Below are positions 36,901 through 49,290 of a DNA stretch of 64,000 nucleotides, piece after piece. Positions within the stretch are counted from its first letter, which is position 1, and the number at the start of each line of letters is the position of its first letter. A model generated the notes under the pieces. The model saw nothing but the letters and a program-made list of their open reading frames with translations. It did not search any database and was not told the origin of the DNA. Source of the DNA: Basidiobolus meristosporus CBS 931.73 (taxonomy: Eukaryota > Fungi > Basidiobolomycota); NCBI GenBank assembly GCA_002104905.1, contig MCFE01000360.1, positions 1 through 64,000 of the forward strand. The letters are read 5' to 3'. A program made the position numbers and the translations under genes.

Positions 36901-37391
36901 AGTACACATGGCATCAGCCAGTGAGTAACGTTAGGAAGATGAGTCACCTTACCTATGGCATTAGTAATCTCCGAGCTGAATTACCGGAATTGTGTGGATT
37001 GCATAAGCCGCATTCAAAAAAGGAACCGTGTCCGAGTTAGTAGGCCTCCATGACAAAGGCAAGATTGAAGTTGCATTAGGGATTGAATCGTTTCGTGAAG
37101 TTTGGAAACTCAGAAGTAGTAGTAAATCGAATGTATTAGTTTGTACTAATCTTTCGATCTAATCATAAACCACCCCTTGAAGGATGATTTTTATTTTCCC
37201 ACCATATGTCTTGAATCTCACAACTGTCTTTTCTGTAGAATGATGTTCCGAAATTGGTCAAGCCCTAGCATCCTATATAAAAACCGTTCCAGCATTTGTT
37301 CGTAGCAGGCGGATTTGTTCAGATCCATCAATTCCCCTTTTAACCTTAACCCAGCCAGTTGTCACAAAGCCAGCACCAGTTGACATATAAC

Positions 37392-37967
37392 ATGCGGCTC
37401 GGAGTGTTTTTCGTTGCCACGACCGGCCTGTACCGCCTAGCCTCCACACTACCGACATCAAACAGCACTGACCTAGTCGGTACAACGGCGCTTCTTAAAG
37501 ATGATGAGCCAGGGAAAATAGGCACCTCAGTCCCCTATCTTCAACTCTCATTGAGTATAATCACCCCAATAATCGCCTTATTGGCCTGTGTATATTTCAC
37601 ATGGAAGAAATGGAGGCAAATCAATGAGACGAAGAGAAGAGTTAAGCTTGCAATTCGTAACTACTTGGCTAACGACAGAGAGCAGTCAACCAACAATAAT
37701 GGAAATTCAGATGGCCCACCAGAGTATGTGCGTCGAAGTTCGCAGCCGAGCCTGCCACCACAGATGGTAAAACAGATTGATGAGGTGGTGTATGGCCGAA
37801 TTTCATCAACCATTGAACGTCCACCCGTCAATCTCGCCCAACAAGAGGAACTTCCAGAGTACTCGGATGGAACTGTTACCGCCACATCATCGGATACAGT
37901 AATACCGCAGGTAATCGACCAACCCGTATATCCTAATGGCGAAACAGCATCATTGCGGACAGCATGA
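37392..37967 (+). CDS. Uncharacterised single-pass type I membrane protein with PY motifs
   Basis: Signal-peptide-like N-terminus and short S/T-rich ectodomain. TM LSIITPIIALLACVYFTW is followed by KKWR. The tail carries PPEY and LPEY. Confidence 0.65.
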   Translation: MRLGVFFVATTGLYRLASTLPTSNSTDLVGTTALLKDDEPGKIGTSVPYLQLSLSIITPIIALLACVYFTWKKWRQINETKRRVKLAIRNYLANDREQSTNNNGNSDGPPEYVRRSSQPSLPPQMVKQIDEVVYGRISSTIERPPVNLAQQEELPEYSDGTVTATSSDTVIPQVIDQPVYPNGETASLRTA

Positions 37968-38230
37968 CCCTTATACACGCTCAACATGCTACGCATCTGT
38001 AGTTTATGCACCCGAAACTCACTCTTGATCAAGTTATGCTCCTGTAGATACGCCGTGTATTTTTATATAAATAAATGCCACACTAGTTAGATGTTTCCAT
38101 TGCGTAGCGGGCCACTAGAGATTTTGAGGAACTGGAAGTAATGAAGCAGTGGCTGGATAATTTCAATAATTTTATTTCGTGATCAAAATGAATCAAGATA
38201 TTGAGACGATGCGAGAACCTTCAAGTAGAC

Positions 38231-39119
38231 CTATTTCCCGCCCAAAATCCCGTCGATTGCAGTTTTGATATTGGGAAGTGTACTTGGATCAATGGGGCAA
38301 TCGAGGCTAACGGTGTTGCTGATGGTTGGCTTGATACCCAGCCAACTGATGAGCGAGATGTCCAGAGTTGCCTCGTACTTGATATTGATCTTTTCCTTTG
38401 CAACGTTGCTTAGGAAGCCACATTTTCCAAACAAATCTAACAGCGCTTGAGAGGAGCCCTGCTCTGTAGCATTGTAGACCAAAGTGAAGGGCAGTGTGAA
38501 GTTGGTTGTCCCCTTTGCTTTGAAGGAGACCGGTTGCAATAACGCACCATTACCGACATTAACATCTTGGTTGCCAACATGGTATTTACCCTAGAGTGTG
38601 GATGCTGAATTAGTACAAGACGCGGCATGAAGATTGCAAAATACTGGGACTAACCACAACGGTAATATTCTTCATCTTGATACCGATTAAATTGGGATTC
38701 TCAACATAAAGATTCAGGTTGACGGGTATCTTAACATTGATATCTTGTAAACGAGTGAATGAACTCAGTTGGTTTTGGACCCCATTGATGTCAGTAAACT
38801 TGGCATCTTGGAACTCGACCTTGGGAACCCCCCGGGGCCAGCAGAAATAGGCGGCAACACCTATTCCTGCCAAAATAAGCAGCAGGATTATACAGCAGCT
38901 AATTTTGGATGCCCGGCTCTGGCAACAGCAACAGCAGCAACGTCGCTTCTTGGCTTTCTCCGAGGGAGGGCTCACCTCATACTGCTGTTGGTTGTATGCG
39001 TAGTCGCTGTAGCCTCGGGTTTGCTGAGTGTGATAGTTTTGGTATTGGTTTTCATATTGGCCCTCTTCGTCCCGTAAAGTTTGAAAGCCCTTCTTGGCAG
39101 GATTGTTAATGTGGCTCAT
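38231..39119 (-). CDS. Type II membrane protein, LEA_2/NDR1-HIN1-like, 2 exons
   Basis: RRCCCCCC then TM ending FCWPR, then V.NPN.IGI. After a GT-AG intron (~38594-38654) come F.AKGTTNFTLPFTLVY, L..CG and CP, typical of fungal LEA_2-like proteins. Confidence 0.75.
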
Positions 39120-40499
39120 CTCGGAAGATGGTATTGTGGTTAAAATGAATTACAGTAATGTACAGGTAGAAGATGTGGGGTGAGTTACAATGAAGCGTGG
39201 GCTCAAATAGTGACTCTGCGTGACCGAAAACAAAATTCCAATGAAGCAAAGTCCAGAGAAGACACTCGAGAAGTGGGATGATTTGGAGGTGTTTGGAGGC
39301 ATCTGTAGAGGTTTATGTATTGCAGCAAGGATGGGGTCTGTAAGCGATTGGCTAATCGGACTTGGCTCTGGTATTACTAAGAATATTAATCAATATATGT
39401 AAGATGTTTTCAGTGACTGAATGGAATGAGCGAATCCTATATTCAATTTGCCCGTGTCTCGTTATGGGAGATTTTTTTTACGGGTATACTCCGTCATGCA
39501 GGATATGTTTAACATAGATAGTTATTTTTGCCAAACGAATTGCATCGAAATTGGATGTTGATGTGACACAGAGGGAAGAATGCCAGCCGTCTATTCATCA
39601 AGCCAGAAGTTACCAGCTAGTGATTTAACATTGAGACCTACCAAAACAAGCGATTCCTTAATCTATTTTTAAAATGAATGCTCTTCCAGTCGTGTGCCGC
39701 CAATCAAACGCCATCTCTGTATTTTGCCACAGATCCAGGTCTCATCCTGATGGACTTGGGCTGCAACTCCTCATTCGACAACTCTATTTATCACCATTTT
39801 ATACTAAGACCGTGATGGTAATGCCATATAAGCTTGACCTTGGCATCCGATTATTCATTAATTTGGAAGATCCATATCGTCACTGATGAAAATGGCCACT
39901 CACAATATCGATTGGCTCTGTTCCTTGATATGGCAGCTCTATGTTATCATGTCTCTGATCAACTTTGCTTCATATTGTGTGTTGGCGTTAATGTCATAGA
40001 AAAACCGGATTTCTTCGCCAAGACCATGTCACTGGTACAGCATTGGATTCTGCTGAAGCTGATCACAAGCGATGTATAACAATCCATCTCGTGCTTTCGT
40101 GACAACAATGAAGGCTATTTATCGGCACTCTTTGCATATTTGGTTAACCCATAGGAATACTCCCTGCAAACTAGGGCTAGAATTGACTGGCTCTGAAGCT
40201 ACGAATATCCTCGATTTCCTGATATATATTTGCGCCCGGTACAAATGGGGGTTTATCGGCGGAACCATGTGTTGGTGTATTTTGATGGTGCTTCCAAGAT
40301 CTTTCCACAGCAACCAAGTGAATGAGGGGGCTTGATGTGAGCCTTATATACCCACACCCGACACGAAACACATAGGGAGTGATACCCATATTGAGGGAAG
40401 GCTTCCTTGCAGCCACGATTGTTGCCGTATCAATTATTGGTGCGGCACTTTAACTGTTACAACCAAAAACATACGATTGGATATGGCGTTCGCATGAAG

Positions 40500-41480
40500 T
40501 GCAGCACTTCATTGCCCTGTGATATTTTGTGCTGGCTAGGAGCACTTTGTTTGTAAGGGCGTTTAGCCTGAATAACCACGCACTGTACTTGGTGAATGCG
40601 CCAATTCATTCTGGTGGATACACACAAGTGTATGAACAGGGCTAATATTTCTCGTTCCCACAGTGGCCCAAGTTGCGACATGTCAAGCCCATTCTCATTT
40701 AAGCTTGTCACAAATGTCACCGAAAGTGGTAAATGGCGCTAACATTTCAACCAATTTGTAGATTACCACTTCCGCGGTAGTAGGGTAATGCAAATGAATC
40801 CATTCCTTAGCTGTGCCCCTTATGAGTACTCATTAATTCCTTCAGTGGGCAATCATACGTCGAGAAGCTTTATACGGAATACGCTGGTAATCAGGGCGAA
40901 AATTCAAATTTACCGTATCCGTCAGCATAGTTATTGAAACGCTAGAAGGTGATTTGTAAATGGGCTTCCTAATGCTCCGCTTGAGAATGTGGCGCGGATA
41001 TTTTATTTCAAGGTGGAAATACGGCACAAATGTTGTCGTATTTTGCTACCATATGAAGGGGTGGATCGTTTTGGATGACATTAAATCAATTTAAGAGTGC
41101 CTATCCCATCACTTAATGAACAGATTAAGGAGTGGCTTGAGCTGTTGAACTATTTTGGTGGGTATATATCAATTCGGTCCTCAACATGAATATCCAAATG
41201 GAATCTACGGCCTGGAGCTACACTGAGTGTTCATGATAATGCCTGACATATGTGAGTTGGGTAGTAGTATCTTGCAGAGAGATAAGGTAGCTTCAGCTTG
41301 ACAGGTTTTATGGGTGTGAAATGGGAAGTGGTTTGGCCCCTTTGTACGGAGGATTCAAGAGAGCGACTACCTTGGTCATCTTTTACGAATTGCCGAGCTC
41401 GCCGAAAGGGCCAGTAACTAGTACTGATGCTGCAATGCTTCCACCGACTATAATCCTGAGCTTCTACAAAGAAGTACCTC
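40500..41480 (-). mobile_element. Decayed Ty3/gypsy integrase relic
   Basis: SYWPFRRARQFVKD (cf. YYWP.MR.DV.QFV..C), VQRGQ...TPIKPV, GSPFTNHLL (cf. G..F.N.L) and LWEREILALF occur in integrase order. Confidence 0.45.
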
Positions 41481-43125
41481 ATGCTTCTGAATGAAGAAAC
41501 TTGTTTGTGTAAAGCGGGTGCAAATCAGAAAGTCGAGCTTTCAAAAACCATTTGAAGGGGCTGAGTCTTGGAATATTCAGAAGAGAGCGTTGGGGCATTT
41601 GGAAAGCAACCTTAGATATATGGTGCGTGGAAGATGCAAATCTAGTGAAGATGATCCAATTGTAGATAGAAAGCGTTCATTGACGTCAGAGCACACCTCA
41701 TAGGAATCAATACCATATCTTATAAGTCGTTTGTGTATACAGCCCTTTAGTCGCGCTAGGTCACGTTATTTGTGTAATTGGATAGCCGGCTGAATCACGA
41801 GTTATTATGATAATACAACTAGTAATACTAGTTGGAAGTTTCAGGTCGATGAGTCTGACTCTTGGAGACATCTGCAAGAGCAAATCAAAGACTGGGGGCC
41901 CATTTTTTTTACACGAGCACTAAACAGAATTGTGAAGGTGCAAGACAAAAATCCAACTTGTATTCATTAGATTAACCCTGTAAAGGATGATAATTTACAC
42001 AACGTTGGGGTCTCAGGATACCTCGCCAAACATAGTATCTTATCTTCTGATTGTCCATTTTGAAGTACGCTTGATATATAAATATATTAAATCCAATAAA
42101 TGTTCTCATCACATCCAAATGCGTAATTCCTTGCCAGGACACAATCCCATTTAGAAAGCAAGTCGTTCTATGCCAAACATACTTAACAACGAAGGTGGAT
42201 GATCGGGTTACTTCTCAAGGTGGAATACTCATGGTGACAATGAGTAACATTTGCAATCCTAGCGAGCCGCAGGCGAATGTCTACCATTCTGGAAAGTAGG
42301 ATTGGGCATTCAACACCAGACACTGCGGAATGAAGAGCTGAAATAGTGGTTATATCTTGTTCAATCTGAGCTTGTGTCGATCGAATTTCTTAAACAACCC
42401 TTAAGGGCAGTTTTCACTTTGTTCTAGGTACAGACAGAGATCTTTACACTGTTCCCCTATATCTTGTGCTAGATCCGAACCAAGGCCGTGCACCCCTAGG
42501 ATCAGGGATGGGAGTCTCACTACGCATGATGGGTATTGCTTCGCCTATCGTTCAGAATAATGTTAGTAATCCCCAAGGCGTCCATACGGGTGGGGTTTCA
42601 TCTGTACATCCATGCTTCTGCCTTAATTTAGAGGAGAGGTTCCACAAGGGCTCAGTATCAATGGTGATTTGCTTTAAGTCTGCTCGTACAGTGATTATTT
42701 CAATGTATTGGCTCCGAACCTGTTTGATTTGCAAGTAAATTTTAGGGTTAGGTGTACCTATATCGATCAAGCAGCGATTAGAAAGCTGCCGATTATCTCA
42801 GTAATATTCCTGGCATTTGATCATCGTAGTTCAATTGATGGGTCGATGATCGCAACCATCGCAGCCATCGCAGCCGCAATGGCTTGCCATCCTATAAAGG
42901 TGGGCATCGGCACAATCCTCACTGAACTGGATGCCATCTCAAGACATTCCCCCTCCCCCCAAAGTACTAATTAACAAATCACTATCAATACTCAAACGTT
43001 GAAAGAGATACAAATGCTGACACAGGTAATAAAGTTTGCCATTAGACTTGACTATAGGAGTCAAGAAACGTCACAATCCGCGTTATTCCCAACGTTTATA
43101 ACTAACCATCTCGAAATAGCCCACC

Positions 43126-43689
43126 ATGGCAAGTACTCAGTACGCAGACATATGTTCTGGATCAAAACCCAACGTATTGCCCACCGCCGACAGAATAATC
43201 AAAGTATCAGATACGCTTAGCCTCTCCCTCAACGAGATAATGGGAAACCGCCAAAAGCTGGGCTCGATAATATTCAATAACAGAACTTCTACCCAATGCC
43301 TTCTTGAGGTTCATGACCAGCACAGCAGACACAGGTCATTTTGGATCCACGAGTTTCTTCTTGTGTCGGAAAGTCTACTACTATCGAACATCTTTCGCAA
43401 GTCTACATTTGCAATCCACCCTGCAACGGCGGACGAAATCATTTGCAAAGATGTTGTCCCGGTAAAGATGGAAGATGCCGATGGCGGCGAATACGAAGTA
43501 ATCCGACTGGAAATCCCATGTGTAGAGACTTTTGAGCCCCTACTACGCTGGCTCTACGATCACAATGACAGCAACTGGATCGAAACATTCACCAAGGATA
43601 ATTTTGATCGTGTACTGGCCAATGTGGCATTTATGCGCTTGAATCTTCAAGCATACGATGTGTGTGCTCAATTCTATGAGGCCTTGTAA
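43126..43689 (+). CDS. Small BTB/POZ-like domain protein, intronless, 187 aa
   Basis: FWIHEFLLVSES.LL..IF and ETFEPLLRWLYD resemble the BTB start and end motifs. Confidence 0.6.
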   Translation: MASTQYADICSGSKPNVLPTADRIIKVSDTLSLSLNEIMGNRQKLGSIIFNNRTSTQCLLEVHDQHSRHRSFWIHEFLLVSESLLLSNIFRKSTFAIHPATADEIICKDVVPVKMEDADGGEYEVIRLEIPCVETFEPLLRWLYDHNDSNWIETFTKDNFDRVLANVAFMRLNLQAYDVCAQFYEAL

Positions 43690-46355
43690 CTGCTAGTTCG
43701 GTACACTGCACATGAGTACATTTCGGCTAGAGGTAGAATTCACCGGAGAATCCCACCTTATTTCGCACATTCTTTATATTATCACCTGCCCGCAAACGCC
43801 ACACAGTATCGACTTTGCTTGGTGGGCTATTCAGAGTGGGAAATAGGGAGCCTACCCCTCTTGCCTGCATTCATGGAATTTATTATTACATGGAGTATAC
43901 TTCACCAATTGCCATTATTTGTAATAATTCCCTATCAATTTTGTATATGTATATATATAAATTTAATTCATAGTATTCACCAGTAATCAGCGGACTTGAG
44001 GGGTACCTGACGTCACCCTTTTGCCGTGTGTGACCTAACTTATAAGATTTGGAGGGACAACCACCCTCCATGCTACTTTGGGATTTGGATTCCCAAGTCC
44101 CTAGCTCGAGCAAATGCCCTGCCCCAAGTGTATCATTTTAGTCGAATGTAACAGGAGAGCAGGGGATCATAGTTGTTCCGAACGATGAGTGTCGGGATAA
44201 CGTACATTTAAGATTTGGCCCAGCCAGTTCTCATGCAAATAATAGGTAGGGCTGGGAGGTACCAAGCGTCAATGTTTTGGATCTGGCAACCCAACACTCT
44301 CTACACGAATGTGTGTTTTAATAGACTAATCCGAGCGAAAGGGATATATCTGGGGGCAGGTTGGACGTCCATCTGGTTACAGCCGGAGGGTTTTAGGGGA
44401 TTGCCACATGTTGATCCAGTTGAAGTAGCCAATCTGACAGAAATCATAATCCTTGCAATGGTGTGATCCTAAACACAACATGCTGGACAGTATATTTGTG
44501 GTGTCTAAATGTTGAATGGAATCAATATCGCCAGCTGATATGCCGAGGCTGCCCAGAGCTGGCGATGGACTGTCTGATGGTTGAACGCTGATTGTATATC
44601 GGAAGGCCGCTATCTCCCATTCATATCGACACTGTCTGAGTTGCTTGGAGTAATATTTCCTAATTAGAACAGTGCAGGTATCAATGTCATATGGAGATGG
44701 AGGTGTTGGCAAGTAATCAGAACCCCACATACGCCAAACAGCGGTCGTAATCAATATCAGTGAAAAGTGCGAACAGCTCGTGTGAAGAATTTCGGGGAAA
44801 GCTAAACTAAACTGAAATCTATGTGATGCGTATTTATCACCAAATCGCTACAACTAATACTCCGTCGGATACTAGATTGAATCTATCCCTCTAGCCTCAT
44901 CTGGGGGATATAAGATGGTTAAAGTATGACCAAAGCTGCGCGTATTTCAGGTTAGATTTAGTTATTGTTTATATTGAACAGGGATATGGCGCGGTCTACT
45001 CTTCGATTAATGTACAAAGTATCAGCCATCATTTCATCCCAACACAATTCCAGTTTGTAATATTACAGTAGTACAGTATGTCATGTGCTGGTGTTGGATA
45101 CATGAACAAATCTTGCCGTGAACTACACAACTCCTTAGGAAAGCAGCGCATTGTCTATATCGGACTTTCAGCTGATCGATAATACCAACCACTCTGTAAC
45201 TATGCGTATGTAATTATAACAAGATCATGCAACTGGGATAGTTGAATGATTGCGCCAATATAACGCTTGCCAGCTATACACATAGCCGAGGAGTATCCTT
45301 GAGCACCAGATAACGTATACTACAAGACAGACTATTCATCTCAGTTCTGTTACATCCGAATCCCTTTCACCACTACTCGCAATAACCCTGACAGAGCGGA
45401 TCACGCTATCATCCATCAATAGGGATCAAGTGAGCAGCCGTTTAGATATCGAATGTCTTATGATTCCCAGGAAAGCTCTGTAGTAAAGAATTGCCCTGAT
45501 ATATTATAATGGCGATAATGGGAAGAGGCCAGAGTATATACCAAACCCAGGGATCTCAGTTAAGGTTAATATTAATGAAGAGCTTGTTCAGTGACTGCTG
45601 AAAATCCAATTTGGTCATATTAATGTTCAGTTGTAGGTGATCAAGTCGGGGTATCAGAATTAAGGTCACAACATGATAGAGTATTACATTCGTCACAACC
45701 CAATAATACGAGCGATAAGCTCATGTGAGCTGTCATTTTTTGGGTTTCGTGTAAGTCCCACTGATTACTTGAGGTTCAAAGGCGTTTCTACTGAACCCAG
45801 GTGGCCCCTTGATTTTTTGGTGATGGATTGGAGGTGAAATATGATGCTGGCGAACAATGCGCAGTTTTGAATCAGTCAGTCTGTTGCAACCCGCGAGCAG
45901 TGTGGAATGTTCCTATTGTTTTTGGTGCAAGAAATAGGTCAAAGTGAGTCTCTCTGTCTGAAGCGAGGGACAATATACTTGTTCGACGTCTCCTAACCGA
46001 GCGTAGCAGCTTTTTTAACCGAGAAGCCGGTCTGAGTATCAAATTCCTGGTCACGAGGCAATCCAATATTCCTTAATTTATGGCAATGTAATATTAGTAC
46101 TAAATGTAACGTATCAGATGTCATTCAAATCACCAATTAGTTCATATTCTAATCTATAGAACAATCATGCCCTCTGATTTGATATTCGTTTCGGAATACC
46201 CCACTTTGCATGGGGTGTCGGGTAAAATCCGCGGTTCTGGTGTAACCATTGGTCCAAATACAGTCCTGAACAATTTCGGGATATATAAGTGTCAGTCGGC
46301 CCTGGATTTTCGTAAAACACAGTCCAATATTCTATTCTTTGATTGCATGTGCTTA

Positions 46356-47971
46356 ATGATTCGATTGCCCATCGAAGTACTAGAGAGCATATTCACTTTT
46401 TTAACCAGCACTCCCCATGACAACTTCGCTTTGTATCAATGCGCTCTTGTATGCAAAAGTTGGCATGACCTTGCCAATACTATGCTCTGGAGAAAACCCA
46501 TGCTCACTTCCAAGAAATCCAAAGATCTGTGTCTAGAGGTGATCAAGAGCAACCCCTTACGTATGTATGAAACGCGCTTTGATACCCAAGTATTTAATGC
46601 TCATTCGTTGATTTTTTTCTAGTTGCTTCATACGTTCAAGACTGGCCTTACGAGAGTAAATTGCTTAGCGCTGATCTACTATCATATCTACCAAACCTCA
46701 GGAATGTTGGTTACATGTTGGCAAGCTCATTCAGACCTGAAAAGCTCAACAAGGCCTGGCACCTTCAGCGAATTGACCATCTGGATTACTGTGCGACTGA
46801 TGGGCCTGAGGTGTTTCAAAGCCTAACCATGCTCTGCCCAAGATTGGAGAAGCTGACCATCCGCATTAATTCACTCAACCAGGTGTCGGATTTCACGAAA
46901 TGGATGAATCTTGAGAAGGTCGCTTCCCTCAAACATCTGAAGATCATCAATTCGGACTATGGAGTCGAAAATAGCCAGACATATTTTCTCCGGGGCTTCG
47001 TATCAATATTCCCCAACATGGAAAGTTTAGATATAGAGAGCTACGCGTTCAGTGGACATGAGGTAGACGGCCTTTCTTCACACTGCGCCAAGTTATGCGG
47101 TCTTAGCATTGTAACAACAACCCTAAGCCAGTACCAGATAAACGGCTTAGCCAGGGAGTTGAAAAGAGGTTTGGGAAAGCGACTAAACAAACTCCAGTTA
47201 TGTGTATCGCGTACCTCCAGAAGTCCATTGAGCTTAGTCAATGTATTTACATCGTTGGGATCCTTGGTGGAGCTATCCTTATACCGCTTTGAGTTAGACG
47301 ACAATACGTTGAATTCTCTCGCAATTTGCACCCGGGGAACTTTGACCAAGCTTCAACTAGGATTCATAAGCCCTCCCACAAGTGGGTATTTCTTTTACCA
47401 ACGGAGTGCACAACTGTGGGAAGAGTTTTTCGCTGGCGTAGGGGATTCTCTTGTAGACATCACGTTCAACGAAAGTTTTGGCAATTTTAGGGACATGATT
47501 TCGTTTGCCGTCTCAAAATACTGTTCTCGTCTACAGAAGTTAACAGTGAAATACCACGAGGACAACTTTGTTTGTCCAATCATACGCGGATGTGGTAGAA
47601 GTTTGCGCCATCTGGAGTACTCCGAATGCTTCGTGACTGAAGGAGCCTTATCTACCGTGTTTGATTATGCTTTTAACCTGCAGAGCCTGATCATCATGGA
47701 ACATAAGCATAACGCGCACCGGCCGAAAGCCGATTCTCTGAAGTTCAAGGACTTCATTCACCGATCAAGGTGCGCATTACGTACCTTGACGATGACCGGA
47801 GTTGATATCGAGGGAGACGTATTAGCGCAGATAGGAGAATATGGCCACAAGCTGGTCCATTTGAATTTGGATAGAATCCATGCAGCTCAGGAGGAGAGGA
47901 CTATTATTGATGACTTACGCCGAGCAAATCCAAATCTACGTAACATACAAATAGAATTGGCCAAACCTTAG
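46356..47971 (+). CDS. F-box / RNI-like leucine-rich-repeat protein, 2 exons
   Basis: F-box RLPIEVLESIF...LYQCALVCKSWHDLANTMLWRKP. GTATGT..CTAG intron at 46561-46622. Repeated L..L.L..C.L..L units (CPRLEKLTI, CAKLCGLSI, CSRLQKLTV). Confidence 0.85.
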
Positions 47972-48199
47972 GGACCGGAGAGATGCATGAGGTTCATTTC
48001 AGGTGTTCCATGTAAGGGTGCCTAATGCTTATCCGCAGACACATGTTTATGGCACCAGTGATAATTGTAATATGTAATTTAGCTATACCATCATTATGGA
48101 GCTCTTGTTTTGCTCAGCCCAAAACCTAATTAGCCATATCCAGTTCCAATGTATAATTCATTAATAAAGCATCATATTCGAGAATTCCATAACATGGAG

Positions 48200-48600
48200 A
48201 AATGTACTGGATTACTTGTCAGTAACTTGGTCACGTCCAACCGGGTTTGGCCCAAAATAAATGGTGCCAAGTTTCAGTACTCCAGCTCTGGTGACTTGCA
48301 TCTTGATTGGAACCATTACGTAAACTGTGTCATAGATACTCATCCTTATCATGATTGTAAATGCTCACGTAACTCAGCTGCATCGGGATGCCTGTTTGGT
48401 CGGACGATCAGTTGGCGATGGATGGAGGTTGTTAAGTCTGTATGAAGTCCGTAAGGTAATGCCCACCTTTGTTAAGATCTTGTCAAGTAGCCAAACTCCC
48501 ATCCAAGCGCTATACGAGAAGAATCATGGTGTTTCAATCCATGATTGGAAAATGATGGTGATGCCTGTGAAGCTCATACATATTCAGGTGCTAATACATA
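48200..48600 (-). mobile_element. Probable decayed Ty3/gypsy integrase relic
   Basis: ILTKVGITLRTSYR..HPSPTDRPTKQ (cf. LG.KL..STAYHPQTDGQTER). Confidence 0.33.
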
Positions 48601-48888
48601 TGAGCGTAATAGACCGTTTTTCAATCCATTTATTTCGGAGATGTTCCATGTTAACTGATTTCAAATATCCATGATATATTTCCAATATGGGCTCCTTTAC
48701 TATTCGAACATACACCTTGCAGAAGTACTATTTAGGGGTTTGACCAGGGTGGCTGGCCTTGGGTGACTTTGATTTACTTCTTGTGGTACTGGGAGCCACG
48801 TAAATATAGCTCAACAAGTGCCTTGCAAATGAAGCGAATCAAGGAAGTGCTAACATGATATTGAAGATTTAGAACGAAGGACGGGGGA

Positions 48889-49290
48889 TTATTGCCACAA
48901 CCCATATGCAAATGCAGCAACGAGTGCAAGTCCTGAAGCACTCATGGAGTTCCTGTTCGAATTACTGGCGGGGGTGGAGGTGGCGGGTGCAATAGTTCTC
49001 GAGGGGTTGGAGCCAGCAGAGCCTTGCTGCGATGGGGATGCCCCACCAGTTGGTGCTAGCATGGCTGATGAGGCAGAAGCAATCTCGGAGGAAAATTTGG
49101 CGGTAACTGATGCGAAATTGGTTCCTAAAAGCGATGATGCCTGAGATACTAGAGAGTTGATGTCCGCTGTAGAGCCACCACCGTTGTGCACCGCACTTTG
49201 GATCGCGCTCATTACATCGGCTGGAATCGAAGCAGATTGTTGCCCAGCAACCACGGTAGCCATTGCCAAAGTAATGATTGAGAACTTCAT
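48889..49290 (-). CDS. Small secreted Ser/Ala-rich, probably GPI-anchored protein, 133 aa
   Basis: Signal peptide MKFSIITLAMATVVAG, S/A/T-rich body, NS omega-like site and hydrophobic C-terminus LALVAAFAYGLWQ. Confidence 0.75.
   Translation of the reverse strand: MKFSIITLAMATVVAGQQSASIPADVMSAIQSAVHNGGGSTADINSLVSQASSLLGTNFASVTAKFSSEIASASSAMLAPTGGASPSQQGSAGSNPSRTIAPATSTPASNSNRNSMSASGLALVAAFAYGLWQ

Noticed and set aside
42845-42890. 9-bp tandem repeat readable as MASHCGCDGCDGCDH (metallothionein-like) on the minus strand
   Set aside because: The frame stops after 19 codons with no splice support. It is most simply a short tandem repeat.
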